Of a stretch of 64,000 bases of DNA, positions 1 through 13,164 are shown piece by piece. Each line of letters begins with the position of its first letter. Position 1 is the first letter of the stretch. The notes under the pieces are model-generated. The model ran no database searches and was not told the DNA's origin. It saw only the letters and a list, made by a program, of their open reading frames with translations. Position numbers and translations under genes: made by a program. The stretch comes from Psammoneis japonica (lineage: Eukaryota): assembly GCA_008632985.1 (NCBI GenBank), contig QPGO01000011.1, positions 248,001-312,000 of the forward strand. The letters are read 5' to 3'.

Positions 1-977
1 GCATCGAGAAGCGTCGGATTGGGATAGAGAGCCACAATGGTGCGAACGCACTCATAAACAACCGCATACCCGGCATTGATACCGACATCGGCCTTTTTGA
101 GAGTGTCATGAAGAATCTCATAAGCTCCAGAACTGGCAGTAGCATCGTTGGTTCCTAGAATTCCCAAAATGCGGATGATCTTCATTTGCATCCACGGCGC
201 AGGCACACGGTGATAATCATAGTCACTTGGTAGGCGTCCTTCTCCAATTTGTTTTAGAATAGAAACAAGAGATGGGATCAAGTCCTTGAAAGGACCTGGG
301 TCCGACGCAGCCATGGCCTGAATGACATTGAGCGAAGCTCCCATAACAGAGGGATCTCGGTCACACAAGACCTTACGTAGCTTATCTGTCAACTCCTCTT
401 TGGTGACGGTTTCAGGTGCCAATTGATGGAATCGATGCAAGCAAATAATGGCCTTTTTGCGTACCGTTTCGGATGCATGATCCAACAGAGGAGTCACAAG
501 CGTCGTCATGGCTGGCACCATATCACTGGTAATTAGTGAAGTAGACGCCAAGAGACCTCCACAAATCTCTAGTACGTGTGTCGACTGCAAATCCCGTTGC
601 ATTTGATTGACCAGCATGAAACGAAACTCATGAGACGGTGCCAAACACGCTCCACATACGAGATACCCCGTGCGTTTGTGGTAGAGACTGGCAGACGCAG
701 CCATCTCCACCGCCTTGATGTATCCAAAACTGCCGTCGTGGCCCAACATCTCCACATACAAGAGCCGTACGAGAAACTCCTTGGCTCGTTTCTTGGATCC
801 CAAGAGGTTCTGGTTCTTGCCTGGGCCCGACTGAATCACGGCAGGCGCCTCCATTTGCTTTTTGAGCGTCTGAACTTCCTTTGCAATGATACGATCTTCT
901 TCTTGCTTAGACTTGGACTCGCCGATTGCTTTTAGTAGTTCAAAGAACTCTTTTGAGAGGTTCGTTCCGGACGCCAT
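1..977 (-). CDS. AP4E1: AP-4 adaptor complex subunit epsilon, 5' part (runs off the window)
   Basis: Manual translation from ATG at 977: MASGTNLSKEFFELLKAIGESKSKQEEDRII...LVRLLYVEMLGHDGSFGYIKAV...KRTGYL...DYDYHRVPAPWMQMKIIRILGILG, typical of epsilon-adaptin. Frame is open to position 1. Confidence 0.9.
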   Translation of the reverse strand, partial: MASGTNLSKEFFELLKAIGESKSKQEEDRIIAKEVQTLKKQMEAPAVIQSGPGKNQNLLGSKKRAKEFLVRLLYVEMLGHDGSFGYIKAVEMAASASLYHKRTGYLVCGACLAPSHEFRFMLVNQMQRDLQSTHVLEICGGLLASTSLITSDMVPAMTTLVTPLLDHASETVRKKAIICLHRFHQLAPETVTKEELTDKLRKVLCDRDPSVMGASLNVIQAMAASDPGPFKDLIPSLVSILKQIGEGRLPSDYDYHRVPAPWMQMKIIRILGILGTNDATASSGAYEILHDTLKKADVGINAGYAVVYECVRTIVALYPNPTLLD

Positions 978-1440
978 GGTTTGTTGTGGGGGTGCTGTAT
1001 GAGTAGTTGGAAGCGGTTACGAATCTCAGCGCCGGTGCTGTCGGTCATCGCGGTGCTCTGTCGCGATCGCGATCGCGACGATCGCGACGACCTACTGCAT
1101 CCAATAGCAATGACGCATTCTGCTTTTCGAAACGCCAAATTCCAGATTCCGTTTTTGAATACCCCGTTTTTTTTCAGCACGAGCAGAGCACTCTCATTGG
1201 TTCGTCTTCGAAGCGACGTAGAAAGGATACCACACCCTACGACGACCCTCACAAATGCAGCTCAAGCAGCGATGGAGCTCAAGGCTCAAGCGCAAGTGAA
1301 GCAACAAAAAACTCCAAAACGACGACTTCTAACTTGTTCTGCAACGTGCAACCCATTGTCATCTCGAACGTGCTCATAAAATTAAAAAAACAATAGCTTA
1401 TATGGGCAACGCAAAATCTTCAACAAACACAAAAGTCAAC

Positions 1441-1854
1441 ATGTCGGAAACGATCAACTTTATCAATCAAGAAAACGCAAAACATGATGTGAGTGCAAAA
1501 TACCGAGAGATGGCGGCATGTTTGTTCATTTTTCATTGTTCTCACACAATCGCAACCACCAATTGAATTGCCATTTTTACAGGTCGTCATTTGGTCAAAA
1601 TCCTACTGTCAGTATTGTGCACAAACAAAGCGTCTAGTGGCTTCTCTCGATCATGTCGATTACAAGGTCACGAACTGGATGTCATGCCGAATGGGTACAA
1701 GATACAACAAGGACTGATACAGCTGACGGGCCAACGAACAGTCCCGAGTGTCTTTGTCCATGGACAGCATTTAGGTGGAAATGATGATACACAATATGCA
1801 CATCACACTGGAAAGTTACAGGAATTGTTATTGATTGGAGTGGAGTCGCAGTAA
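1441..1854 (+). CDS. Dithiol glutaredoxin (CQYC active site), 2 exons
   Basis: Exon 1441-1488, GT-AG intron 1489-1582, then VVIWSKSYCQYC...LTGQRTVPSVFVHGQHLGGNDD. One 1-bp frameshift near 1667. Confidence 0.85.
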
Positions 1855-1967
1855 AGAATACATATCTCAATCAGATGGAGATACAGTAAATTAAAAGTAT
1901 ACGAATCATTCATTCCCAGTTTCAACTAAAACTTATGTAGATTCACCAATCAACACTACCATGAAGA

Positions 1968-4900
1968 TTACGCGTTTCCCCGGCGCTGCCTCTTGGAAGG
2001 AGGCGCTCCTTCTTCCTGATCCACTGGCACGGCCTGCTCAACCATGGCGTCCCCAGTTTGAGCGCCAACGTCAGCGCCATTTTCAAACGAACCCTCCTCT
2101 TCCTCCTCCTCTTCTTCAGCAATTACACCCAAGAACTCCGTATGCAACACACCCTTGTCTGTATTCGGAACCTTGCTATATTGAAAGGCAAACATGTTCT
2201 CGCCATCCGACAAGTACGCAGCCTCTTGACGAAAAGCGTCCGGCTTGAAGCTGCCAGCATCCAAGTGTCTTCTAAAAATCTGTAAAAACACAACAACAAC
2301 GCACGAAACAAAGTCAGCCGAGTCAATACAAGATTCTCGAAGCCATCCGCCAAACAGAAAATCGCAACTCACCTGAACGAGATTCTGCATAGTCTCATCA
2401 CCTGCCATGTTTTGGATATTCTTGACAATATGCGAAATTAACTTGTCCATAGTTGCCAGTTCATACCCGCCGTGGCCCAACAGACACCGGACGCGGTCCT
2501 CGTACTTGCCACCCTCGGCGGCCCCGCCCGAAGAACCCATGGAGCTGTGACCTCCCGCAATCAGAGCATACACCAAACTCAAAAGGCATCATACCGCTTC
2601 TTGCCCATATCCTGACCGGGATCGCCCTTCATTTGCTCCACCAAAGTGGACAAGGTCTTGTCGGTGCAAACCTTGTACGCCACGTCCTTGGCAATGCACA
2701 AACGGCGGTTCAATATCTGATGAAGACGGAAGAATAGGTAGAGACTCTGGGTCCCAATCGCCATGACATCGTCCGTGCGCTCCAAGGTCGTCTTGTCGTC
2801 AGAGCGGAGCTGATTCGTGAAACCAGACTTTTCGACGGATCGAATCGAACAAAGGACCGCAGAGGGCTGCAGGTAAGCAGTAGCACCAAACGGCAAAGCT
2901 ACAGCATACAGCAAGTCGGAACGGCGGTGTTGCACAATGGTTGCCTCGCCGTAAATCGTTGACACGCGTGTGCCCGCTGGAAGTGTGTGGTGGTCCATAA
3001 TGGTCGGAGCGTCGATTTCGTCTTCCGCCTTGACACCTCCGTGCCCTTCCAAATCATCCACCACCATGTTGTTCTTGCGCAAATCTGCTTCGTCGGCAGA
3101 GCTGCTCTCCTCGTCGTCAGAAGCTTCCTCGTTAACGGGCTCCAATTCACCATTACTCACTACAATGGGATTATCGTCGTTCGACGCCGAAGCACGCTTG
3201 TAATCCAGGGACGGGCGTTGCATCCAGTTGAGACTCAGATCGAAGAATGGACCCAGAAACTCTCTCCAGAGACGATGGCAGCTCTCCTTGTCCGCGGGAG
3301 AGGTAGCTCCACGTTCGAGCGCAAATGCAATGATCCGGTAGGCATCTCTCTGTGCCCACGAGTTGTTCTCGTACATAAGACTCATGTGGGGAGTAAAGAG
3401 CTTTTCGTCGGGCTTGGGCAAATTCGTCAAATCCAGCTTTTCCGTCAAATGATCACGCATCGTAACCTCGTAGAAGGTGCCCTTTTCTTCCTTGGCTTTT
3501 TCTAGACGGGCCGCAATGGCGGCTTTACTCTCGTTCCCGTTGTTTGCGGCACGGTCCTTGATTTCCGTAACAAGAGTACGAGTGCTTGTGCAACGCTTAT
3601 CAATCGTCCTCCATGTGAGCGCACGGTTGTCAAGGCTTTTGTAGTAGTTAATCTCGGCGAGCTCCTTCCAATGACGATTAAGTCGGTCTCGTGCTGCTTT
3701 CCACTTGCGATCCATCTGCCGAAGACGTTGGACTAGAACTGGAATTGTTACGGTTGGGTTCTTCACCATCAAATCGAGCATCTCTTGACCAGAGTCTCCA
3801 TACAAACGAGCAATCGAGTTTCTGTGGATGACGCCAAGAACTTGCTTGTCGTCAAAGACATATTGATACTTCTTCCCGGCCATGCCAGATGTCTTTGGTC
3901 CACTGCTCCCGGGAGCCAGCTCTTGAGTGACGAGCTCTTCCTGAGCCAACTGTGCAATCTCCTCCGCGATCGGTTCCAGACGTCTCAAAGTCGCAGCGTT
4001 GCTGTCAATGACCATATCAATCTCAAATCGCTCATCCTCGCACCGAAAGAGCGTCTCCTCATACGTGTTACGACGCATATGGCGGAAGGTATAGCTCTCT
4101 TCGCTTCCAACAGGAAGAGAGACCCACACATCGTTCAAGATCTTGGCTTCAGTTTCGCTGCGTTCGCTGCAGGGTGGGGCTGGATAATCACGAGGTAGTG
4201 CACGGTACGAAGGGCTGCACTTGCGACAGCGGGTGAAATCGATTTCGGACAGAGGCACCGAATACCAGGAATCCTCCATGGACGGCGCAGGACCGCTCTG
4301 AGTTCCAGCCGCCGCTAAGATTCGCTTGAACTCTTCAAACAATTCCAAGTTACGCTTGCCCAACAAAGGCTCCACAAAGTCGAGCATCTGGCTCCTCGAC
4401 AAAATTTCTTGCGCGTACATGTCGAGGCATTTGAGGAATTCCGCCCATGCTTGTCCACCGTCACGTGAATACGATGTCAACGCCTCCTTGACGGCGTCGA
4501 AGAATTGTCGTTCTACGGCAGAGTTGTAAACATAAGACTCGGGTTGCGGAGGATGCAGAGGGACCATGGAAGATGGACTAAAGGGGCGCTTGCGAGACTG
4601 TTGCATTCGGACGTCACGACCTTGCTCCGCCCCTGTCATGTCGTAGATCTTCTGTGACCCAGGTGGGTGGTGCCTATTCTGCGCACCCATTCGATAATCG
4701 CCATACTGTGCGGCTCGCTGCTCCATTGCAGCCGCTTGGCGAGCTTCCGAGTCTGCAGCGGCGCGGTGAAGGCGCTCCTTAGCTTGCTCCTGTACCGCAT
4801 CAGGCAGAAAGAACGTAAACTCCTTCAACAAGTCAGGGTGATCGGAAAAGAGAGCTGCGACCTGCTCGAGTACTTCCTTAATACCGCGTTGCTCCTTCTG

Positions 4901-6632
4901 ATAGGTGTGAAGAATCTCGAGAAACGAATGGTAGGTGCTAGGATCATTAGCAAATCGTTTCTTGATGTTGGTAACGTATGAAATGGCGTGGTCAAACTCC
5001 ACGGCCTGGTGCTGCTGAGGTGGTTGCTGCTGAGGCGTTCTGGGTTGCTGCTGTGCTACATTCGCGCCACGCTGCTGCACGGCGTTACCAGCAGGAGAGC
5101 CAGCCAATCCCTGCTTGGTACCTGGTCTTCCACCGGAATGCTGCGGTGCTTGTGCAGCGGAGGGTTTAGCGAACTGTTGCTGAGCAGGCGCACCCTGCCG
5201 GGCAACAGACTGTGCGCCGCTTCCGGGCATGGTTGCCGCTCCCTTGACGGATGCATCATGCGCTTGCATATGCGGTTGAGGCCCACTGCTCAAATGAGGC
5301 GGCTGCGGAGCACTAGAGGAAGACTGAGCATATAATCCAGATTGCGCGGCGCCGCTCATTTGGGACTGCGCTTGATTTGCAGCTGCGGCCGCCTCCTGCT
5401 GCCTTCGGTGTTCTTCGTTGGACCTGTCAATGTATTCAATCGTAATTTTGTAACCATCTGGCAGAAACTTGTTAAATCCGAGGATCAAATTATTATAGCC
5501 ACGAAATAGTTTTGAGACTCTCTTGATGACCCCAGGAGTGTCAACCTCTTGGCTCTTGAAGTTCTTCATAATCTCGAGAAACTCATTGTAAATCTTGGGA
5601 CGATCACCAAACTCTCTTTTAACATCGTCAAGGTACAATAGTGCATCTTCAACACGAAGCTCCGGAATACCTCCCGAGGGTTGAGCCGGCGGTGGTCCGG
5701 CGACCGGGGCTGGTGGGTAGAATCTCTTTGCCGGACGCGGAGCAGGACGCGCTACAGGGGGGGATGCGCGGCAGCAGAGGAGTGAACCTGCGGAGCAGCA
5801 GCATGGGGCGGCGGTGGAGATGGACCTGGTGGAAGGCGGCGCTCCTCTTGGGATAAGGAGCGATTTGGAGGCCCCGGAGGTGGTGGTGCGGTAGATCCGG
5901 TTGTTACGGGTGAACCACGTGGTGCTGGAAATGCCGGAGCACCGTGTGGCGGCTGGTTCGGACGAGCCATGGGAGGAGGAGCTCCTCGCCCTAGAGGCGG
6001 AGCAGCATTGAGTCCAAAGGAGTGTTGATATTCAGGTCGTTGACCACCGCCACCAAGGGGGGTGGTCCAGATGGACCACGAGGAGGTGCTTGCTGCACTG
6101 GAGCATGATGCGCCGTGGATGTGTGAAGCACTTTCATTTCAGAGCGTTGCTGAGCTGGTTTCTCGACATGCGCCGTGGATGCTGGCGCTACTGATGGAGG
6201 ACTGTCTTTCGTGGTCTCCGTCTCCATCGGAGTACTGCCAACGGTCCCCTCAGACGCAGCAGGAGGCTGCTGAGGAGCTTGAGCAGGTACTTCGCGAGCT
6301 TCAGTATGTTGGGGCGGTGGAGCAGGTTCAGTGGGTTTGGGAGGTGTATCCCACGTTGAATCAGTTGGAGGCGGTTGTGGCATTGACTCTGCCGGCTTTT
6401 CGGACGCTTCGTGCGTTGGTTCCACATCCATCGGCTCGGGTTCAGAGGCTGTTGGCTGGTTTGATAGCACTTCATTCTGCGGATTAACTTGAGCTGCTTC
6501 AGGAGCTTGCACTACCGGACCATCAGCCATTTCTATAGCGGCTGCTGTCGTCGAGACCACTGGTTCTTCAGGTGCGGCAGGAGGGGTGACTCCGGGGGCA
6601 TTCTCCGGCGGTCCAGAGCTGGGATTGTCCAT
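1968..6632 (-). CDS. SIN3: Sin3 paired amphipathic helix co-repressor
   Basis: PAH1 (YLDDVKREF...YNEFLEIMKNFK), PAH2 (VEFDHAISYVTNIKKRF), histone-deacetylase-interacting region (PSYRALP...LNDVWVS...YEETLFRCEDERFEID), C-terminal YEDRVRCLLG. Intron 2280-2372. Frameshifts near 6000, 5750 and 2582. Confidence 0.9.
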
Positions 6633-7103
6633 GGTGAACGGCGATGAAAAGCTCTCTTCGCAGAAAAAATGGGATGCTTATGCGCGAAGAAACGCGCGAT
6701 GTCAACTCGGCGGTGTGTTTTCAACACGAGCGGCACCTTCCGAGACAATGACAGAGAAAAAATAACACAAGGAGAGAATCAATCCACTACTTTGTCTTCT
6801 CCTTCTTACAATGATACAATGGATTGAGGGCTCGAAACAGCAGCAAAGCTTCTGGTCACTTCGGCGACGACGACGAGACAGCGTCGCGAGATGTTCCGCT
6901 TGTTGTGTCTCGGATTTGTGCGACATTGAAGCTTGCGTCTCCGAATACGTAACATCTACGTACCGTAGGAATCAGTAGAAACCAAATGGATTGATTTTAT
7001 TCAAGCCCGAACATCTCTATTCAAACGGTTTGAGCACTTGCGCGCAATCTCACGCGCGTTGGTGGCAGCACAGCCAACAGGCAAACGGAGATTCGAGTGC
7101 ACC

Positions 7104-7595
7104 ATGGCGTCTTCCGCAGGAGGAATGCTTGCACGTGAAGAAGAAAATGAAAATCCAGTGCGACGAGTCGATCAAGACAATATCAATAAATTCGGGAGAT
7201 TGAACGCCAGCTTGGAAGAGGTTCGAGAGGAACAGAAGATTCTCAAGGCAAGTCGAGGCGATGATGAAACGCGTTGCGTACTGCTTTCGTTGATTCCAGA
7301 TTCCCTCAAACTTTCTCTCACTTTTTTTCGACGACAGAAAAAGTTGGAAGGCATTGAAGACGCCTCCACAGAGCTGATGATGGGAAGTGGGGATAAAGTC
7401 ATGCTCAAGTTGGGAGACTCGTTCTTCGATGCCACAGAAGAGGAAGCAACGGACTTTTGCGAAGCAGAGGTTGAAAAACACCAAGCAACCATCGACAAGC
7501 TCCAGGAGGAGGAAGCTGCAATAGTAGATGAACAAGAGGGGCTAAAGAAAGTGCTTTACGCACGATTCGGAAAATCCATTCAACTAGAAGCATAG
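7104..7595 (+). CDS. PFDN4: Prefoldin subunit 4, 2 exons
   Basis: DQDNINKFGRLN...IEDASTEL...GDSFF...LKKVLYARFGKSIQLE. A 90-nt in-frame intron at 7248-7337 with a GC donor. Confidence 0.9.
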   Translation: MASSAGGMLAREEENENPVRRVDQDNINKFGRLNASLEEVREEQKILKASRGDDETRCVLLSLIPDSLKLSLTFFRRQKKLEGIEDASTELMMGSGDKVMLKLGDSFFDATEEEATDFCEAEVEKHQATIDKLQEEEAAIVDEQEGLKKVLYARFGKSIQLEA

Positions 7596-8232
7596 ATGAA
7601 ACTTTTTTGAATGTTTGGACTATCGAAGAAGCCAACAGTTACTGGAGTCAGATGCGCTCTCTCTGCCGTCGTCAGCGCATTTTCCGAAAGCTCGAAGAGT
7701 TCAAGATCGTTTGGAGGTGTTGTTCACACTCTTTTGAGTTAATGTTCTACTCAGACGCCAGTCCAATTGTAGAGATAGTCGGTGTTTTCAAGTTAGAGAG
7801 ATCTGTGTCTTGTAATTCTTGGATATATACGGTAGTCTTTGCGGGGTATTTATTCTTGCGACAACTACACCGTATGGTCTACGATCGTTGGCCTTGTGTG
7901 CATGACCATTTATTGCGAGGGTACTACATACAGTAATAAAGCCACGCACTCCATAAATGGATCATCCTGTAAGTAGCTAGGAGTAGCTACAAAGACTGGC
8001 AGCTCCTTTCCAACGAAAGTAGAAGAAGAATCCCTTCTTTGATAATACAAAAGCAGCGCTTACTTTGTTAGTGCATTTTATTGTAAGCGCGCATCGCGGT
8101 GTTTCGATATTCAACCTTTGGATCAGATTGGGGGTGGTTGAATGTTATTTACATGTTGCACCGTCTGAAATCCTCTATTCTTGTCGGATTCTTGTACGAG
8201 CGGTCAGAAAGTGTGGGGCTTCTAGAAACAGT

Positions 8233-9165
8233 TTATGCTGACACCAATTGTTCCAACTCCTGTTGGGACATGTCTGTGACTTCTCGATGTGCCCTGTAGA
8301 GGTTCACAGCGTTGTAGAGTGCGTGGCAAAGGATTGGAACTGCCAAGTTTGAAGTAGAGGCGTAGATGCGGCCAAACACTGCCCCCACCATGCCCGTGAC
8401 GGCTCCCACAATTGCTGACTTGTTGACAGGGTGTTGATGAGACGCACCAAAGACAATGGACTGAAGCAAAATGGCCGGATTGGTTCCTACCCGGCGTCCT
8501 AGAAAGGTTTGCAACACACCACGAAACATCAATTCTTCGCTCAATCCTACCATAATGCCGAGCAGACCAGCAGTAGCAAGTGCCGAGGAGGTTTTTCTCT
8601 TGTGACCTCCCATTAAGGCTAAGGCAAACAAGAGTGGAGTTGGATTCGTTCCTTTCCCCTGTTTCTCGTCCTTTGCAGCTTGCTTTTGCCGTTCGGTGAG
8701 TATTGCCGGCAATACCAAAAACCCGACAGTAAGGATAAAGGCGGCTCTCAGGACTTTCATATTGATTCCAAAATTTGCACCTAAGCCACACTTTGGAATA
8801 TCTAGTATAAGTGATACGACACCAGCAACGTAAATGAGCTTGGTATGGTATTCTACAAACCGCGACAAGATCGCATAGGAACCTCTGTCATTTTTGGGCC
8901 GCACAGGTGTGACAGCATCAGACATGGCTGCGAGACGCACTGCATCCTCGTCATTGTTATCACTAGATTTTTCCCAAAGTTCAGCTAAAGATGACGACCT
9001 GGTCCTTCCCACAGTGCCCGGCGTGATTTTGCTTTTCATTTGATGACCACAACGGGAAACACGAGCGTGTTGGAGGGAACAATGGTTCGGTGCGAAGGCC
9101 TCTGATATTTGAAAACAGAAAGCCGCGAGCAGCACGACGCTGTGTACCACTCGTGAGACCGTCAT
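8233..9165 (-). CDS. CPBP/Abi (CAAX protease-like) intramembrane metalloprotease, probably plastid-targeted
   Basis: EELMFRG, FGASH and HALYN motifs. Signal peptide ends in SEA-FAP, matching the diatom ASAFAP motif. Confidence 0.85.
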   Translation of the reverse strand: MTVSRVVHSVVLLAAFCFQISEAFAPNHCSLQHARVSRCGHQMKSKITPGTVGRTRSSSLAELWEKSSDNNDEDAVRLAAMSDAVTPVRPKNDRGSYAILSRFVEYHTKLIYVAGVVSLILDIPKCGLGANFGINMKVLRAAFILTVGFLVLPAILTERQKQAAKDEKQGKGTNPTPLLFALALMGGHKRKTSSALATAGLLGIMVGLSEELMFRGVLQTFLGRRVGTNPAILLQSIVFGASHQHPVNKSAIVGAVTGMVGAVFGRIYASTSNLAVPILCHALYNAVNLYRAHREVTDMSQQELEQLVSA

Positions 9166-10182
9166 TGCGGAGGTGAAATGCTATTATTTATTGTTTTGTG
9201 GGACAGCTTTGATCCACCAATGATGATCGAGGAAAAAAAGAAAAAGAATGTGAGAACAAAAGACGTGTCGATTTTGTGACGACTAGAATCCAGAATTCTC
9301 TCGAATTCGTGACTCAAAAAATTGGTCACCGGTGCAAGTCATGATGTACCGACAATGTGAACATACCAGGGCATCACTGCTCAGGGGTGCCGTTTCCTCA
9401 GAGACTTTGGCAGGTGGTCCTTCAATGTGATCTCGGCACGCACTTGGTGATCGTGATGCACGTGAAGATTCAACTGCTGGGCTGGGTGTCTCGTGGAAAT
9501 CCACAAAATGTCATCTCGGCACAAAGCACTCAATTTGGCTGGCTGTGTGAAATGTTGTTCCGCAAAACGCTGCAAGAACCTTGCAATGAATCTTGCAGGA
9601 AACTCATGGCCAAGGTGCGTGCAAAAATCATTCCGTCACGCGGCAACAGAGCAATGCTCACACAAGTTGATGAAGACAACCACGTGCACACTCAAGTCCA
9701 ATGTTCACATTTTTTAGATTGAAAAAACAACACGACATGTCTCAACCGGTGTTCTTCACAAGATCCATGTCTTCCCCAGCATCAGCAAGCGCCGCATGCA
9801 CCGCTCAGCCCACAGGCACTCCTGCACTGCCCACCACCTTGCTTTGTTTCTTGCCTTCAACCCACACAGCACAACAGCATTTGCCAGTTCCCTTGCTGCT
9901 GCTTGACATCACTCTCTCACATGCCCCAACTGCTGCTGCTCAGTTTTTCACTCTCGCCAGTGGGCTCTTCTTTGCCGGCCTCACATCTCACACCTCGCAT
10001 CTCATGCACAGCACCAGGCATTGCATTGCTGTCTGTTTGCTGTTGTGAGGATGAGCTCAGCAGCAGGTGCAATTGTTGGTGAACTTTGGGTGATGACTGG
10101 CAACAACAAATGCAGTGGCGGGGATCCTGCACATCCCAAAGTGGCCTCCCAACCTGCTGCCACCATCGTGGCCTTTGTTTTT

Positions 10183-10359
10183 TGCTGCATTTAGATTCTC
10201 TAATGTGCTGGGCACCTTTGGCACTAACAACAAGACTTCTGTTTGGTCTTGCCCAACCTGCAAAGCTCAACGATGCTGCACTTAGATTCTCCAATGCACT
10301 GGGCACCTTTGGCACTGACAACAAGACTTCCATTTGGTCTTGCCTGACCTGCAAAGCTC
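10183..10359. repeat. Two tandem copies, 91-bp period
   Basis: tgctgca.ttagattctc...gggcacctttggcact...cctgcaaagctc occurs at 10183 and 10274. Confidence 0.85.
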
Positions 10360-11569
10360 TTGGCCTTTGTTTTTTGCTTGGCTCCTTTTCTCTGCTGCCA
10401 TCGTCATCCCTGCAGGAGTCATTCAGATCCTGAGAGTCATTGCATGGAATTTGTGCAGGAGAGAGAGTGTCAACAACAATTGTTGTCAGCCAGTCTGTCC
10501 CTCCACATCTGAATGTCAACTTCAAGCACTTTCATTTGCGCACAGTGAAGGCCAGCACAGCTGGTCAGATGGCACCTCAACTTGGTCTCAGTTCCCAAAA
10601 AGTTGTTCACTCCAGCCACTGTCTTGCATGACACTGTGTGCATTTCCATGTGATTTTTGTTTTTCTTTGTGCAAAAATTCAACTTTGCTGGCTGATGCAA
10701 CAATTTTGAAATGACTCCCACTGCCTCTTGCTTTTCAATCCCATCCACCCTTCTTTGTTCACTCCTCCTTCCTCCTGCATTCTTTTCTGCACCCTTTGCA
10801 CCATGAGCCTTTTGACACATTTGCTGTCTCTCACCTCCTGCTCCCCCCTCATTTGCTGCCCCACTTCCTTTCACGACCCCTCCACACTCCCCCATGCAAT
10901 TGCCCATGCTGCAACCACAACCCCTGACCCCTTGAGTGCCATCCCTTTGCTCTTCTTCAATGCTCTCTGTCAAGCTCTGTGGACACCCATTTGCTTTTTT
11001 CTTCTCTGTTGCTGCCACACCATCACCTTCTGTGCTGGCTGCTGCTGCCTGTGTCATGCTGCTGGATTGACAGCCAGCAGTGTTTCCTCAACACGCAGTC
11101 TCTAACCTTGCACCTGCCAGCTCTCTTTGCTGATTGCTTCTTTGCCATGGATGACTTTTCTCTTCTCAACCCTGCCAACTTTTTTCTTGATGATCCTGCC
11201 AACTTTTTTCTTCATGGCCAATCCCACTGACAATGCTTCTGGCTGCTGGCAACTCTTTTAACACCTCCTCTCATTTGGTCTGCCATGCTGCTGATCCCTT
11301 TTCAAACTGCCATGTCACTGGACACCTCCCAGTTTAGTTTCTCCACTGCCTTGACAACTGATGACCTCCCACACTGTCTCTCTTCAGTGTGCCCTGTTGC
11401 CACCATGTGTTCCTGCAGCACCCTGCCCTTCAACTCTGCTCAAACTTGGCTGGTGTCCTCAAGAGACTCGCTGCCTCTCATGCCTCTGCCTCCACTGCAC
11501 CAGTCTCTCTCTGACATGGACTTGCCAGACCTTGCTTGGCATTGCATTGCTCTTCCTCCAATTGCTGCT

Positions 11570-12100
11570 TGCCCACTTTGGTGATGTTGGTGAGTTTGGC
11601 AACTTTGTCAGCTTTGTTGACTTTGGCAACTCTGGCAGCTCTGTGGCCCACCAACTTTGGTGACTTTGTCAACTTTGGCAAGCTTGGCAACTTTGATGGC
11701 TTTGGCAACTTTGTTGGCTTTGCCCACTTCAGTGACTTCAGCAAGTTTGGCAACTTTGTCAGCTTTGTCCACTTTGGTGACTTTGGTGAGATTGGTGATT
11801 TTGTCAGCTTTTGTCCACTTTGTCAACTTCGGTGGCTCTGGCAAGTTTCAACTTTGGCAACTTTGGCAGCTTGTTTAGCAACTTTGTCAACTTTTTGGTG
11901 ACTTTGTCAATTTTGGTGGCTTTGGCAACTTTGTCAGCTTTGCCCACTTTGGTGAGTTTGATGACTTTGTCAGCTTTGTTGACTTTGGCAACTTTTGTGG
12001 CTCTGGCAAGTTTGGCAACTTTTTTAACTTGGTGACTTTGGCAACTTTGTCAACTTTGGCAGCAACTTTGGTGAGTTTGGCAGCTTTGTCAACTTTGCAG
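11570..12100. repeat. Degenerate 9-bp-period minisatellite
   Basis: Iterated actttggca / actttgtca / actttggtg units over about 530 bp. Confidence 0.85.
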
Positions 12101-13164
12101 GGTTCTTAAATTACAGAGAGTGATCACGAAATTGATTGCAGTTGATCACCAGGTCCCACAAATGATGGCTGAAAAACAGGCATTTACCACACACGGTCAA
12201 TCTGATTGCACAAGTGCCATCATCACATTCATGACTGCAGTCATTTGCAATCAGAGGGTTGCTGGGCATGCACAATTGTTGTGCCAATGGGCTCCACTTT
12301 TTGTGTGGAGGGTGTCCCTGCACGCCCCTCTGATGGGGAGGCACTGTGTCAGCCATTGTGGTGTGGTTCTTGCAATTTGATTGCTGAATGAATGCTTTGC
12401 AATTGCCACAAGCCAACCACGCATTTGTGGCAATGCAGCATCTTGTTGCAAATTGATTGTGACTCCTCAAAATTCTGCAATTGAAGAAGATCCCTGTGGC
12501 TTTGTTGGCTTTGTCAACTTCTTTGGCAGCAGATGTCCCACTCATCCTCCTGTGGCTTTGCTCCCTCAAATTTTTGTGTTGTTTGAGCTCTTGGAGTTTT
12601 CATTTTGCTGTCAAGTTGTTTGCCTTTGCCAGCTCTTTAGCGTGCTTTTCTAAAACCTTCTTTCTCAGCTTGGCACATCTTTGGCTCTTTGTGCTCTTGG
12701 CATCTGTGTGGGAGGGCTGCCTCTCAAGTTGCTCTGTCCACCCAAGCCTTGTTCCTGCTCCCCACCTTCCTCCATTTTTGATTCTTCCGCTGCCACCCTG
12801 ATTTGTCCAATTTTCTTCAATCCTTTGGCCTCTCCCCACTCTCCCTCCATGCTCCCATCCTTTCCCTGCCCTCCCTGGGTCTGCCACTTCCTGCCTCTCC
12901 GTGAGCTTGGTCGTGCTGCTTGCTTCCAACCCATCATTCTTCCCTTCCTGGTGATTGCCTGCACTGTGGATCCCAAAATTTACATGCTCTCCCCAGCTCC
13001 CATCCTTTCCTTCCATGCTTGCCTCTGTGCCTGTGAAGCTCATGGCAAACCTCCCCTCCCCCTTTCACATTTCAAGTTTCTGCCTCCCTTCTCTCCTTTG
13101 ACAACTTTCTCCTGCATGTTGACAACTGCCTCAACATTGCTGTGGTTGACCCACCCTTTGCTGC

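Noticed and set aside
11570..12100. CRISPR-like array or telomeric repeat
   Set aside because: Degenerate contiguous 9-mers with no unique spacers and no telomere motif, in a eukaryotic context.
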